From contig NC_020304.1 of NCBI RefSeq assembly GCF_000341395.1, positions 3,270,001 through 3,302,000 on the forward strand: a DNA stretch of 32,000 nt. Reading direction: 5' to 3'. Under the pieces are notes generated by a model. That model ran no database searches. It was not told the origin of the DNA and saw only the letters and a program-made list of their open reading frames with translations. Source of the stretch: Desulfocapsa sulfexigens DSM 10523 (GTDB lineage: Bacteria > Desulfobacterota > Desulfobulbia > Desulfobulbales > Desulfocapsaceae). This document shows positions 7,564 to 17,302 of this stretch, one piece after another; within the stretch, counting starts at the first letter, position 1; every line of letters starts with the position of its first letter. The position numbers and the translations under genes were made by a program.

Positions 7564-8576
7564 AGGACAATCTGAACGATAAAGAATCGTATAAGAAGGA
7601 GTGTTGAGAGAAAGAGTAATGAGCCAATGAGTATAAGATTGTTGCTTCTCAGAATGTCCCTGTCTTCGGCAGGTCTCTTATTCTCACCAATAGCTGGTTT
7701 GATCATTTTTTTTCCAAAGTAGATAGAAGTACCACCAAGTTCAACACCAAGTGCCCCAGCTACTGTGGCTTCGGTATGGCCTGCATTGGGGCTTGCATGA
7801 GCAAGTCTGTCTCTTGTGAAAATTCTATAGCTACCCTTCCAATCAAGTCCCAGGAAAAAAGCAGCGGGGACGAGTATCAAACCACTTAGCCTGGCAGGCA
7901 CCCAGTTTACAGCATCATCAAATTTTGCCGCTACCCTGCCAAAGTATAGATACCGTTCATTCTTATAACCAAACATTGAGTCCATGGTATTCACTGCCTT
8001 GTATCCCATGGCTCCAAATACTGCAAGAAATAGCGGTTCTATAGGGAGAAGAGGAGAAAAAAGGGAAAAAACAACGGCATAAAAAAGGGGTGCGGTAACC
8101 CCGTCCACCATATTTTCAGCAACTGTTTCCACGCAGGCTCGTATGATTCCTTTTCGATCAAGAGCTGACGTATCACGTCCTACGATTTGAGCCACTGCAG
8201 ATCTTGCACTATCAAGCGATTCATCGGCTTTAAGAGCATGATACACAGTTCGACTATGACTCACCAGGTCACGAGCTGCAATGGAACTGTAGAGAAGAAT
8301 TACTGCAACGATCTGAGCCAGAACGCCTGAATAATAGTTGGTGGAGAAAAGCAAAACAGCAGTCAAAGCGAGGGACAGGAAAAGAACAGTGACAAAAGCT
8401 GCAAATCCAGCAAGCAATTCAGTAGAAAACATTTTTCGAAAGATCCTTTCATAAGTAACACAAAAAAAACCGATCAGCCTCACCGGGTGAGGCAGAAATC
8501 TGGGATCTCCAAAAAGAAAATCAAGCAGAACCGCTGCCAGAAGCTGAAATTCAAAAACAGGCATCAACTCAGTCAA
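7560..8576 (-). CDS. cbiB: Adenosylcobinamide-phosphate synthase (membrane)
   Basis: Motifs LPHPVRLIG and SPNAGHTEA in a polytopic membrane protein. It has a 4-nt overlap with the upstream gene. Confidence 0.88.
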   Translation of the reverse strand: MTELMPVFEFQLLAAVLLDFLFGDPRFLPHPVRLIGFFCVTYERIFRKMFSTELLAGFAAFVTVLFLSLALTAVLLFSTNYYSGVLAQIVAVILLYSSIAARDLVSHSRTVYHALKADESLDSARSAVAQIVGRDTSALDRKGIIRACVETVAENMVDGVTAPLFYAVVFSLFSPLLPIEPLFLAVFGAMGYKAVNTMDSMFGYKNERYLYFGRVAAKFDDAVNWVPARLSGLILVPAAFFLGLDWKGSYRIFTRDRLAHASPNAGHTEATVAGALGVELGGTSIYFGKKMIKPAIGENKRPAEDRDILRSNNLILIGSLLFLSTLLLIRFFIVQIVL

Positions 8577-11146
8577 AGCCCTAACAGCTGATAGACCCGG
8601 TCCATATCCAGGCCACTTCTTACCGTATCAGCCAATCTGTCAAATGCTGGCTCAAGGTTGTAGCTACTCAGTGGGCCCTGATAGGCTCCTATCCCCTTTC
8701 GTTTCCTGACAGTATCAATGAAACTGCGTCGGAAAAGGTCTGAGTCAAAAATCCCATGGAGATAACTCCCCCAGATAGTAGCTGTATCTCCCTGGGTACC
8801 GCAACTTGACCCATCATCATACGAGAACAGAGACCGAGCTGTCGTTGCTGTGAGACCGTGGTGAATTTCATAGCCGATGACTGGTTGCCCCGACGCCAGA
8901 TGGGTCCCCTGCTTTCTGGTAAGGGTTTTTTCAGCAGCCAGAACGGTATGCATATCAATAAGCGATAAAGCATCAACTCTTTCCTGTCGGGACTCTATTC
9001 GGTGGGGATCCTCAATGCTTTTGCCAAGCATCTGATAGCCTCCGCAGATTCCTATGATCTCGCACCTCTCATCAGCCTTTTTAAGAAGTTGGGATGCCAT
9101 CCCGCTTGCCTGCAGGTGTTGAAGATCCCCAATCACATTTTTTGATCCTGGTAGAATGATAACATCGGGATTTCCCAGTTTGTCTGGATGGGATACGACA
9201 CGTAAATAAACATCCGGCTCTGCAATAAAAGGCTCGAGATCGGTAAAATTGGATATATGAGGCAGGCTTATAATCACTATTTCGATATGATTATGTTCAG
9301 GCCGTATCGCATCAAAAAGCCCTTCCTTAAAGGAGACTGAATCTTCCTCAGGGATTCCGTGATTGTGAAGATAGGGGATCACTCCTAGAACATCCTTGCC
9401 GGTGTGATTTTTGACATACTCATGGGCATCATGGAGAAGATCGCTGTTACCCCGAAAGCGGTTCACCAGAAAACCTGCCACCAATTGTCTTTCCCATTGA
9501 CTCATCACCTCCATATGGCCGACAAAAGAAGCGTACACCCCACCCCTGTCAATATCACCAACCAGAATAACAGGTGACTCGGCGTAACGGGCCATTCTCA
9601 TATTGACGATATCATGTTTTTTGAGATTTACTTCCCCAGGAGATCCTGCTCCCTCAAGAATTATGGCCTCATACTCTTCAGAAAGTTCATCGTAACATGC
9701 GGAAACGATATCCATGGCTTCCTTCTTATAGGTCACATAATCCATAACGGACATGTTACCCAAGGGTTTACCTCTTACAATGATCTGGCTTCCGGTATCT
9801 GAATTTGGTTTTAGCAGGACAGGGTTCATCAGCACATGAGGATCAAGACGTGCAGCCTGAGCCTGAACGACCTGGGCCCTTCCCATTTCAAGACCATCTG
9901 CTGTGACAAAAGAATTCAGCGACATGTTTTGTGCCTTGAAGGGCGCTACCCGAACACCATCCTGAAGCAGGATACGACAAAGTGCGGCTGTGAGAACCGA
10001 TTTGCCAGCGTTGGAAGAGGTGCCCTGAAACATTATTGCCGGTGTTTTAGGCTTTATTCTGTTCCTTGCCCGTTTCATCGATGGAAAAAAAGCCGAAAGA
10101 GCAGAGCAAAGGGCTTTATTGTCAGCCTTATCACGAACAGCTATCCGAAAAAACTGTGGCCCAAGCCCCTGATAATTAGCACAATCACGAATGAGTATAT
10201 TGTATTTAGAAAGATGCTCCTGAAGCTTTGGGACAGTGTATGACGAATGAAGCTTTATAAGTAAGTAGTTTGCACTACCAGGAAAAACACAGAGGTCTGG
10301 AAAAGATTCAAGATCACCATGTAGATCTTTTCTCAACTGCAAACAGAGTTTCCTGCTCTTTTCCTGGTATGCATGATCCATGATGGCCCTTTCCCCTACG
10401 GCCTGGGCAAGGCAGTTAACGGACCAGGGTGGAAAAATTCTCTGCAGGGCTTTGATGATATGTTCGGGAAAAACGCCAAATCCGAGACGCAGGCCAGGTA
10501 TGGCGTAAAACTTGGTCAGGGAGTGGAGGGTAATAATATTTTCAGCTTTTCCAGCAAGGCTCTCTGCACCCTCAACAAATTCAAGAAAGGCCTCATCGAT
10601 GACGAACAGTACCCGAGGTGCGCTTCTGGCAAGCTGGAGAAGCTTGTCACTCTGAACCGTTACCCCGGTCGGGTTATTTGGAGAGCCGATAATGACCAGA
10701 TCTTCAGGAAGCAAAAGTTCTTCAAGGAGATTCAGCTCAAGGCTGAAATTGTTTTCTTCCTTGAGCTGCAACAGCTTGATTTCAATATCAGCAAGCTGCA
10801 TTACTTTTACATAATCAATATAGCAGGGTACTGGAATGACAACTCTCTTGCAGCTCAGAACCCGTGGTAACTGGTAGAGCAATTCGGTACTGCCATTGGC
10901 TACCAGAATAGTGTCGCAGGGTACCTTGTACTGTTGTGATATACCTTTTTTTAATACAGAGGCGGTCGGATCCGGATAGTGAAGAATGGAATCGAGTTTA
11001 CTGCTGATGCAGGCGCGTAACCAGTCAGGGGCACCAAATGGGTTAATATTTGCACTGAAATCGATCATCTCATCAATCGCTATGGCTCTGGCCTCTGCTG
11101 CCGCATGAATATTCCCACCATGGCCATATTCCGTATCTATTGTCAT
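8573..11146 (-). CDS. cobD/cobQ: Fusion protein: L-threonine-O-3-phosphate decarboxylase (CobD-type aminotransferase fold, about aa 1-360) plus cobyric acid synthase CobQ/CbiP (about aa 365-857)
   Basis: The N-terminal part has HGGNIHAAAE...DFSANINPFGAP and the PLP-lysine motif SLTKFYAIPGLRLGF. The C-terminal part has IMFQGTSSNAGKSVLTAALCR...APFKAQNMSLNS and the GATase motif GICGGYQMLG. It is a single uninterrupted 857-codon ORF. Confidence 0.88.
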   Translation of the reverse strand: MTIDTEYGHGGNIHAAAEARAIAIDEMIDFSANINPFGAPDWLRACISSKLDSILHYPDPTASVLKKGISQQYKVPCDTILVANGSTELLYQLPRVLSCKRVVIPVPCYIDYVKVMQLADIEIKLLQLKEENNFSLELNLLEELLLPEDLVIIGSPNNPTGVTVQSDKLLQLARSAPRVLFVIDEAFLEFVEGAESLAGKAENIITLHSLTKFYAIPGLRLGFGVFPEHIIKALQRIFPPWSVNCLAQAVGERAIMDHAYQEKSRKLCLQLRKDLHGDLESFPDLCVFPGSANYLLIKLHSSYTVPKLQEHLSKYNILIRDCANYQGLGPQFFRIAVRDKADNKALCSALSAFFPSMKRARNRIKPKTPAIMFQGTSSNAGKSVLTAALCRILLQDGVRVAPFKAQNMSLNSFVTADGLEMGRAQVVQAQAARLDPHVLMNPVLLKPNSDTGSQIIVRGKPLGNMSVMDYVTYKKEAMDIVSACYDELSEEYEAIILEGAGSPGEVNLKKHDIVNMRMARYAESPVILVGDIDRGGVYASFVGHMEVMSQWERQLVAGFLVNRFRGNSDLLHDAHEYVKNHTGKDVLGVIPYLHNHGIPEEDSVSFKEGLFDAIRPEHNHIEIVIISLPHISNFTDLEPFIAEPDVYLRVVSHPDKLGNPDVIILPGSKNVIGDLQHLQASGMASQLLKKADERCEIIGICGGYQMLGKSIEDPHRIESRQERVDALSLIDMHTVLAAEKTLTRKQGTHLASGQPVIGYEIHHGLTATTARSLFSYDDGSSCGTQGDTATIWGSYLHGIFDSDLFRRSFIDTVRKRKGIGAYQGPLSSYNLEPAFDRLADTVRSGLDMDRVYQLLGL

Positions 11147-11152
11147 GACAGC

Positions 11153-11968
11153 CTACCCCAGCCCTGGTAAGAGACAGAACCCGACGGCCACCGAAAGTTC
11201 GGTGAGTTCACACACAGCACCTAAAGTGTCTCCTGTTGCCCCACCAAGTTTTTTGTGACACCAGAAAGCAAAAAAGGTCACAGGGAGCATAATCGTTACG
11301 ATCATAAGTATAAGAGAGTAAATGGAAATCAATGCACTCACCATCAGAACACAGGCTGTCACAACCACAGCCACTTTACGAGTTTCAGAAGAATAAAACA
11401 ACATGCCGAGCCCGTCTTCCTGTCGTGCGTAGGGCAATATGGACATGGTCAGTACAATTGCCGTTCTCCCAGCCATGGGCATAAGAATTATCACCTGCAG
11501 TATATTCTCCGTTGAAAGGCTTGAGAGAGCGGCAAATTTACCCAGTAAGAGAAAAACGATGGCAATAACACCCATCGCACCTATATGACTGTCCCGCATA
11601 ATCTCGAGTGCACGAGTTCGGGGACGGCTACTTAAAAGTCCATCAAAACTATCAGCCACTCCATCGAGGTGGAGACATCCTGAAATGCCTGCCAGTAGAA
11701 CAATGGCAAAAAACGCACTGACAGATCCAGGAAGGATCCCGATAAAAAATGAGACCAGCGTTGCCGTCACCCCACCTATCAGTAGCCCAATAACTGGAAA
11801 CCAGATCAAACTCGCCCTGAAAAAACGGCCATCTCTGTCCTGATTCCAAGAGATTGGAATGATGCTGAGGAATCGAATCCCGGCGAGAAAGGTCGCAAGA
11901 GGATGAGACAAGGCGAGCATGATGGAATTTTCTAATTGATCAGACTCTCCTGTTGACCCGGCTGCCAT
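11153..11968 (-). CDS. cobS: Adenosylcobinamide-GDP ribazoletransferase (cobalamin synthase)
   Basis: A polytopic membrane protein with the C-terminal motif GGATGDTLGAVCELTE. The ORF track extends to 12043 inside cobT. I prefer the ATG at 11968, 1 nt after the cobT stop (TAAaATG); ATG 11920 is also possible. Confidence 0.85.
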   Translation of the reverse strand: MAAGSTGESDQLENSIMLALSHPLATFLAGIRFLSIIPISWNQDRDGRFFRASLIWFPVIGLLIGGVTATLVSFFIGILPGSVSAFFAIVLLAGISGCLHLDGVADSFDGLLSSRPRTRALEIMRDSHIGAMGVIAIVFLLLGKFAALSSLSTENILQVIILMPMAGRTAIVLTMSILPYARQEDGLGMLFYSSETRKVAVVVTACVLMVSALISIYSLILMIVTIMLPVTFFAFWCHKKLGGATGDTLGAVCELTELSVAVGFCLLPGLG

Positions 11969-11969
11969 T

Positions 11970-13034
11970 TTACTTATCGGCTTCGGCAACGGCGGCCTCT
12001 TCAAATGTTGCAACTTCTGTAAGAATTGCAACTGCTGCTTCAACCAGATTCATAGCAAGAGCAGCGCCTGTCCCTTCACCTAAACGGAGATTAAGATCAA
12101 GAAGAGGTCTGCAGCCCAGCTTCTCCTGCATTGCACGATGTCCCGGTTCCATGGAACGATGGGCACAAATAATATAATCCCTGACAAATGGTTCAATGGT
12201 AATGGCAATAAGTGCAGCAGCTGAAGAGATAAAACCATCTACAACAACGGGTTTTTTGTGGGCGGCAGCTCCGATAATAAGACCGGCAAGTCCCCCGATT
12301 TCAAAGCCGCCCACCTTGGCGAGTATATCAAGGCCATCCTTTGGGTCGGGTTTATTGCACTCTAAAATAGTTTCGAGAACTTTGATTTTATGAGCGAGCT
12401 GCTCATCATCAAGACCTGTGCCACGGCCGGTAAGTTCTGCCAGGGGTTTTCCGGTTATCACTGCTGCTATAGCAGTTGACGGTGTTGTATTACCAATACC
12501 CATATCACCGGTTCCAAAGAGATCAATGCGGTCGGCAAGATCATTTGCAATATCAATCCCAGCCTCCACCGAACGTGTTGCCATGGCGAGACTCATTGCA
12601 GGGCCTTTGGCAATATTATCGGTGCCAAGCCCTACCTTCTTGTTGATAATTTTACCCTCCGCAGCCAGTTGTTTTAAATCGGCGGCCACTCCCATATCAA
12701 CGACAATAACTTCGGCTCCTGCCTGTCGTGCCAGAGCATTAATTCCTGCTCCACCGTTAACAAAGTTATAGACCATCTGAGGAGTCACCTCCTGTGGAAA
12801 CTTGCTCACACCTTCAGCGACCACACCATGGTCTCCTGCCATAGTAACTATTGCTTTTCGTGCCACTGGAGGATCTATAGAACGGGTGATCCCGGCAAGA
12901 TCCATACTCAAATCCATAAGATCCCCAAGGGCCCAATGTGGCAGGGCAAGCTGGTCCAGACGTTCTTTTGCACGATCTCGGGAATCGCTATCCTGAGGAT
13001 AAATATTTTGCAGTGTTCTCTTCAGCAGACCCAT
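11970..13034 (-). CDS. cobT: Nicotinate-nucleotide--dimethylbenzimidazole phosphoribosyltransferase
   Basis: Motifs GDMGIGNTTPSTAI and LRLGEGTGAALA, about 354 aa. Confidence 0.9.
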   Translation of the reverse strand: MGLLKRTLQNIYPQDSDSRDRAKERLDQLALPHWALGDLMDLSMDLAGITRSIDPPVARKAIVTMAGDHGVVAEGVSKFPQEVTPQMVYNFVNGGAGINALARQAGAEVIVVDMGVAADLKQLAAEGKIINKKVGLGTDNIAKGPAMSLAMATRSVEAGIDIANDLADRIDLFGTGDMGIGNTTPSTAIAAVITGKPLAELTGRGTGLDDEQLAHKIKVLETILECNKPDPKDGLDILAKVGGFEIGGLAGLIIGAAAHKKPVVVDGFISSAAALIAITIEPFVRDYIICAHRSMEPGHRAMQEKLGCRPLLDLNLRLGEGTGAALAMNLVEAAVAILTEVATFEEAAVAEADK

Positions 13035-13058
13035 AAAGTATATCTCGCTAGTTTTTGA

Positions 13059-13628
13059 TTATTGAATAATTATAGGGTGATTAGTGGATTCATTCTTGAT
13101 ACATATTGGCAGACCGCAACTCACCAGTATTACTTCATCCGCTGCGGCGGCAATCAACCTGTTGGTTCGTCCCACCAAATCTCGATATCGTCGTCCAAGA
13201 ACATTGTCCGGAACCACCCCCATTCCGACTTCATTACTGACACAAATCAGGGTTCCTTTGAAAATTTCAGCTGCCCGAATAAAATCTGTAACCCTGTCAC
13301 CCATCGCATCTTCGCCAAACTTCTGATTCGATTTTTCAGCAACATACATTAAATTGTTAACCCAAAGAGTCAAACAGTCGACCAGGCAGACAGAATCAGG
13401 TTCCAGGGACATAATAGTGGGTTCGATATGGATTTCTTCCTCTATGGTCAGCCAGCCCCTCCCCTGACGATCAGCCCTGTGACGAGCAATCCGCTCATCC
13501 ATCTCTGAGTCAACAACAGGACAGGTGGCAAGAAAATAATGTTTACCACCAAGAGTTTCGGCACGGCTTAAAGCATAGTCGCTCTTACCACTCCTGGCAC
13601 CACCGGTAACAAGGATTAATTTAGCCAT
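13059..13628 (-). CDS. cobU: Adenosylcobinamide kinase / adenosylcobinamide-phosphate guanylyltransferase
   Basis: The N-terminal P-loop LVTGGARSGKS, about 189 aa, in operon context. Confidence 0.88.
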   Translation of the reverse strand: MAKLILVTGGARSGKSDYALSRAETLGGKHYFLATCPVVDSEMDERIARHRADRQGRGWLTIEEEIHIEPTIMSLEPDSVCLVDCLTLWVNNLMYVAEKSNQKFGEDAMGDRVTDFIRAAEIFKGTLICVSNEVGMGVVPDNVLGRRYRDLVGRTNRLIAAAADEVILVSCGLPICIKNESTNHPIIIQ

Positions 13629-14221
13629 CTGTCTTTATCAACTCCACGGTTCAAACCGGTAAGCACAGCTCCCTCGGGAAAAAGCTCAAGGGTTGTGTAT
13701 GTTCCCTTGGCAATTTTAAAGAGAATATAATGTGATGGATCAATTTTCAGAAAATAACACAACAGGGTACGAATAACACCACCATGAGCTACAACTATGA
13801 CCGTATCTTCAGATAACGAAGCAATGTAGTCCCCAACATCTTGAACCCGTTGAACAAAATGTTTGAGACATTCCCCACCTGGAAAACAGAAAGAGTCAGA
13901 TGCCTCGGCCCATTGCTCAACATACCCAGGATCCATTGCTGCTATCTCAGAAAAGCTCCGTTTCTCCCATCTGCCGAAATCCACCTCACGTAAATCTTTT
14001 TTATATATCACCGGATGTTCTGGGAAAAGCAGGTCACAACTCTGTCGGCATCTCAACATTGGACTTGCGATAATTGCAGATACGGCAATATCAGGAATTT
14101 TTGTTCTCAGCTCCATGATCTGTCTACAGCCGTCTGCTGAAAGTGGCACATCACTGGATCCGACATATTTTCCCGAAATACCGGTCATACCGTGACGAAT
14201 AAGGATGAGTTGTTTTTTCAT
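13616..14221 (-). CDS. cobC: Histidine-phosphatase-family enzyme, probable alpha-ribazole phosphatase
   Basis: The RHG motif (LIRHGMTG) and the second catalytic His (VAHGGVIR). It lies between cbiH and cobU. Confidence 0.75.
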   Translation of the reverse strand: MKKQLILIRHGMTGISGKYVGSSDVPLSADGCRQIMELRTKIPDIAVSAIIASPMLRCRQSCDLLFPEHPVIYKKDLREVDFGRWEKRSFSEIAAMDPGYVEQWAEASDSFCFPGGECLKHFVQRVQDVGDYIASLSEDTVIVVAHGGVIRTLLCYFLKIDPSHYILFKIAKGTYTTLELFPEGAVLTGLNRGVDKDRWLN

Positions 14222-14223
14222 TC

Positions 14224-15018
14224 TTACTTAGCCAGGGTGTATTTGTCTCGGTATCCTCTGGGGGTAATCATATACCCATTCCAGGAAAAGGTGGTCGAGT
14301 TCCCAATGATAACAGTAGACTGCATATTGATTTCTTCTTCAAGCATACCATCAAGGGTAGTCAGGCGTATCACTTCATTTTCTCTGCTTGCAGCGGTCAC
14401 AATGCCAACTGGAGTTTCTTTGGCACGATAGGACAACACTATATCACGGGCCTGTATGATATGTTCGGTTCGTTTCTTAGATTTTGGATTATAGAGTGCG
14501 ATAACAAAATCGGCACTGGCTGCGGCATCAAGCCTTTTTACAATAACTTCCCAAGGGGTCAGCAGGTCAGAAAGGCTGATGGCAGCAAAGTCGTGCATCA
14601 AAGGAGCTCCAAGGCGGGCAGCACACCCGTTCACAGCGGCAATCCCTGGTATGATGTCAATTGCAACCCTGCTGTCCCGTTTAGCAGCTATCTCAAGTAC
14701 CAGCCCGGCCATGGCATAAATACCCGGGTCTCCACCAGAAACAAGAACCACCCGCTTACCGCTTTCGGCCAGATCAAAAGAGTTGCTGCAGCGATCCACT
14801 TCCTGCATCATCGCCGATGAAATAACTTCCTTTCCTTCCAGTAGTTCTGGAATCAGATCAAGATAGGTTTTATATCCAATAATCACATCAGCTTCAGTCA
14901 GAGCTCTAACTGCCTGAGGTGTCATATTATCGGCACTACCGATACCGGTTCCAACTACGGAAATCAGGCCACAATCAGGGTTTGTTTCATGGCGACTGCC
15001 ACTGTTACATCCTTCCAT
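14224..15018 (-). CDS. cbiH: Cobalt-factor III / precorrin-3B C17-methyltransferase
   Basis: Tetrapyrrole methylase motifs VVGTGIGSADNMT and VLVSGGDPGIYAMA. The only in-frame ATG gives a 55-nt overlap with cbiG, so the true start is uncertain. Confidence 0.85.
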   Translation of the reverse strand: MEGCNSGSRHETNPDCGLISVVGTGIGSADNMTPQAVRALTEADVIIGYKTYLDLIPELLEGKEVISSAMMQEVDRCSNSFDLAESGKRVVLVSGGDPGIYAMAGLVLEIAAKRDSRVAIDIIPGIAAVNGCAARLGAPLMHDFAAISLSDLLTPWEVIVKRLDAAASADFVIALYNPKSKKRTEHIIQARDIVLSYRAKETPVGIVTAASRENEVIRLTTLDGMLEEEINMQSTVIIGNSTTFSWNGYMITPRGYRDKYTLAK

Positions 15019-15959
15019 TTTCTTTTCCTAATTATTAATTTACCGAGATAAGGTGTGCAGCCTGCAGCCAGAACAGCAGCAGGTTCGGCGACACCTTTGG
15101 CACCGGTCGCTGCCAAAACAATTGCGGAGGAGGAAACCGTATCCACGCGGTTCAACTCTTCTTTGGTGTAAAATCGTATTGGTCTCCCCATTTTACTGGC
15201 ATATTGAAGCAAACCCTCCTCATCACTCTTCAAATCAATTGAGGCAAAATTCCTAATCGACTGCAGGTTCAAACTGCTGTCATAAAAAAGTTCAGTGACA
15301 GCTACTTCAAAGGCCTTAGCTGGCGTCCCTCTGTTACAACCAAGGCCGACACTTAAAGCACACGGACTGAGAATCAATGCAGAATGCCCTGGATATACTG
15401 TGTCGGAAATAATTATATCTGCTAATTCCGGATTCTCCACCCTTGTCAAATCATGAGGAAGGGCCTCAAGCTCTAACTCAGTGAACAGAGTAAGCATCCC
15501 TCTGTTAATAAGTTTTGCCGATTTCTCGGTGAGCTTACAGGAATCATCCACGCCAAGACCGTTCTTTTCAGCCCATAAATCAAGCGATGTATGTCCGGTC
15601 ACATCGGAAGCTGTGGTGATAACTGCCTGTCCACCAAGAAAATCTGCCAGCTCTCTTGCCAGCAGATTTCCACCTCCAAGATGTCCTGAAAGGAGGCTGA
15701 TAACAAATTGTCCATTTTCATCAAGCACCAGCACACAGGGATCAGTTTTTTTGTTGCTACAAAGAGAAGCTAGCCCACGAACAACAATTCCGGTAGCCAT
15801 GATGCAGACAATTGCATCGACATTCTGCTGCCACAGGCCAGAGAGTTTCTTAAAAACAGGAAGATCTCTCTTGTCGACAAACGAATCTTCAAAAAATGAA
15901 CTGATTTTTTCTGCAAGGAGTTTCCCCCCTGTGGTGAGTCCTAAGATTGCTATTTTCAC
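14964..15959 (-). CDS. cbiG: Cobalt-precorrin-5A hydrolase
   Basis: CbiG-like organisation of 331 aa: N-terminal MKIAILGLTTGG, a mid domain, and a C-terminal domain with ASIDLKSDEEGL. It is the first gene of the operon and marks the anaerobic (cbi) pathway. Confidence 0.8.
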   Translation of the reverse strand: MKIAILGLTTGGKLLAEKISSFFEDSFVDKRDLPVFKKLSGLWQQNVDAIVCIMATGIVVRGLASLCSNKKTDPCVLVLDENGQFVISLLSGHLGGGNLLARELADFLGGQAVITTASDVTGHTSLDLWAEKNGLGVDDSCKLTEKSAKLINRGMLTLFTELELEALPHDLTRVENPELADIIISDTVYPGHSALILSPCALSVGLGCNRGTPAKAFEVAVTELFYDSSLNLQSIRNFASIDLKSDEEGLLQYASKMGRPIRFYTKEELNRVDTVSSSAIVLAATGAKGVAEPAAVLAAGCTPYLGKLIIRKRKWKDVTVAVAMKQTLIVA

Positions 15960-16193
15960 AGATTATCGAATAGTTTGGATTCTGTTATAAACGACCGATG
16001 CAAAAGAAAGGGAAACTAGCATATGGAAAGGAGTATTGCAAGCTGCACGTAAAAGAGGAAATGGAGCATAGAATGCAAGAAACATTTTACATTCCGGCAG
16101 ATTACCTATAAGATGACACAGACATTCACTACGACACCTGCCCTACAAATACTGACGTTTAATACTCGTCTTCTTACATTCATGAGGTTTTAT

Positions 16194-17258
16194 ATGGCTA
16201 CCAAAGTTCTCATTGTTGATGATGAACTCATTAATGTCAGGCTGATTGAAGAAATCCTTGAGTATGAAAAAGAGTTTCAATACAGATCTGTTGGTAATGG
16301 AAAGGATGCCCTGGCTTTGCTTGATGAATATTCCCCCGACATAATTATTCTTGATATCATGATGCCTGTGATGAATGGCTATGAAGTATGCAGAGAAATA
16401 AAAAAAGATACAAGGCATAGCTTGGCTAAAGTTCTTATGGTCAGTGGCAAAGCCATGATTGAAGAACGGCTCAAGGGCTATGAAGCGGGGGCCGATGACT
16501 ATATCACAAAACCCTTTGTTGATGATGAATTGCTCGCAAAATTAAAAGTTTTTTCCAAATTAAAAAAAACTGAAGAGATAGATGCGCTCAAAACTACAAT
16601 CCTGCAACTGTTTTCCCATGAAACAAAAACACCGCTCAATGGCATTCTTCTCGGTAGCCAGCTTATTCTTGACACCCCATCCATATCTGAGAAAGTAGCC
16701 GAATACGCAAAGCTGATTAAAATTTCCGGCGAACGTATCCATGATCTGGTTCGTAAGATCCTTCTTCTTTCCAGCCTCAGAAACAATGGGGTACTTTACC
16801 CAGAGAGTCGATCTGTACGACAATATCTACGTGATTTCTCTCAACAGGTTAATGCACTTCCCGATACCAAATGTATGACAAGAATTGACTGCAAAGCTGA
16901 TTTCGACCTTGAAATTGACTGGAAATTATTCCAGGCCGCACTCAACGCGGTGGTTGAGAATGCTGTCAAATACTCTCCAAATAATGCCACTGTCTTACTG
17001 ACAGCAAGCACTGACGATCAACTTGCAACTATTAATGTTATAGATTCTGGGCCAGGGATAGCTCTTGAATGTCAGGAAAAAATTTTTGATGAATTTTATT
17101 CACCCCAGATAGAACATCACGGTCAGGGAACTGCTCTGAGCCTTGCAATTGCAAAAGAAATCATGTGCCTCCATCAGGGCAGTCTTGATGTTAATAGCGT
17201 CCCTGGTGAAGGGGCCGAATTCAGATTTTCCTTTCCTTTATCCACGGCAGGAGAATGA
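16194..17258 (+). CDS. Soluble hybrid sensor: N-terminal receiver (REC) domain fused to HisKA plus HATPase_c histidine kinase
   Basis: REC features are VLIVDDE, DIIILDIMMP (the acceptor Asp) and KPF. The H-box is FSHETKTPLNGI, the N-box VENAVKYSP, and G-boxes DSGPGI and GQGTALSL. There is no TM segment. I chose the start at ATG 16194 (MATKVLIVDD); the ORF track begins at 16113. Confidence 0.85.
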   Translation: MATKVLIVDDELINVRLIEEILEYEKEFQYRSVGNGKDALALLDEYSPDIIILDIMMPVMNGYEVCREIKKDTRHSLAKVLMVSGKAMIEERLKGYEAGADDYITKPFVDDELLAKLKVFSKLKKTEEIDALKTTILQLFSHETKTPLNGILLGSQLILDTPSISEKVAEYAKLIKISGERIHDLVRKILLLSSLRNNGVLYPESRSVRQYLRDFSQQVNALPDTKCMTRIDCKADFDLEIDWKLFQAALNAVVENAVKYSPNNATVLLTASTDDQLATINVIDSGPGIALECQEKIFDEFYSPQIEHHGQGTALSLAIAKEIMCLHQGSLDVNSVPGEGAEFRFSFPLSTAGE

Positions 17259-17302
17259 ACACCTTTTCTCTGTCTCACAAATGCAGTCCGGAGCCTGAAT
17301 GA

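Noticed and set aside
15960-16193. Expected cobalamin riboswitch in the cbiG leader
   Set aside because: Reading the minus strand by eye, I found no B12-box-like (AGYCMGGAGACCKGCC-type) or GCCACTG core. The leader is short and shared with a divergent gene. This needs Infernal to be definitive.
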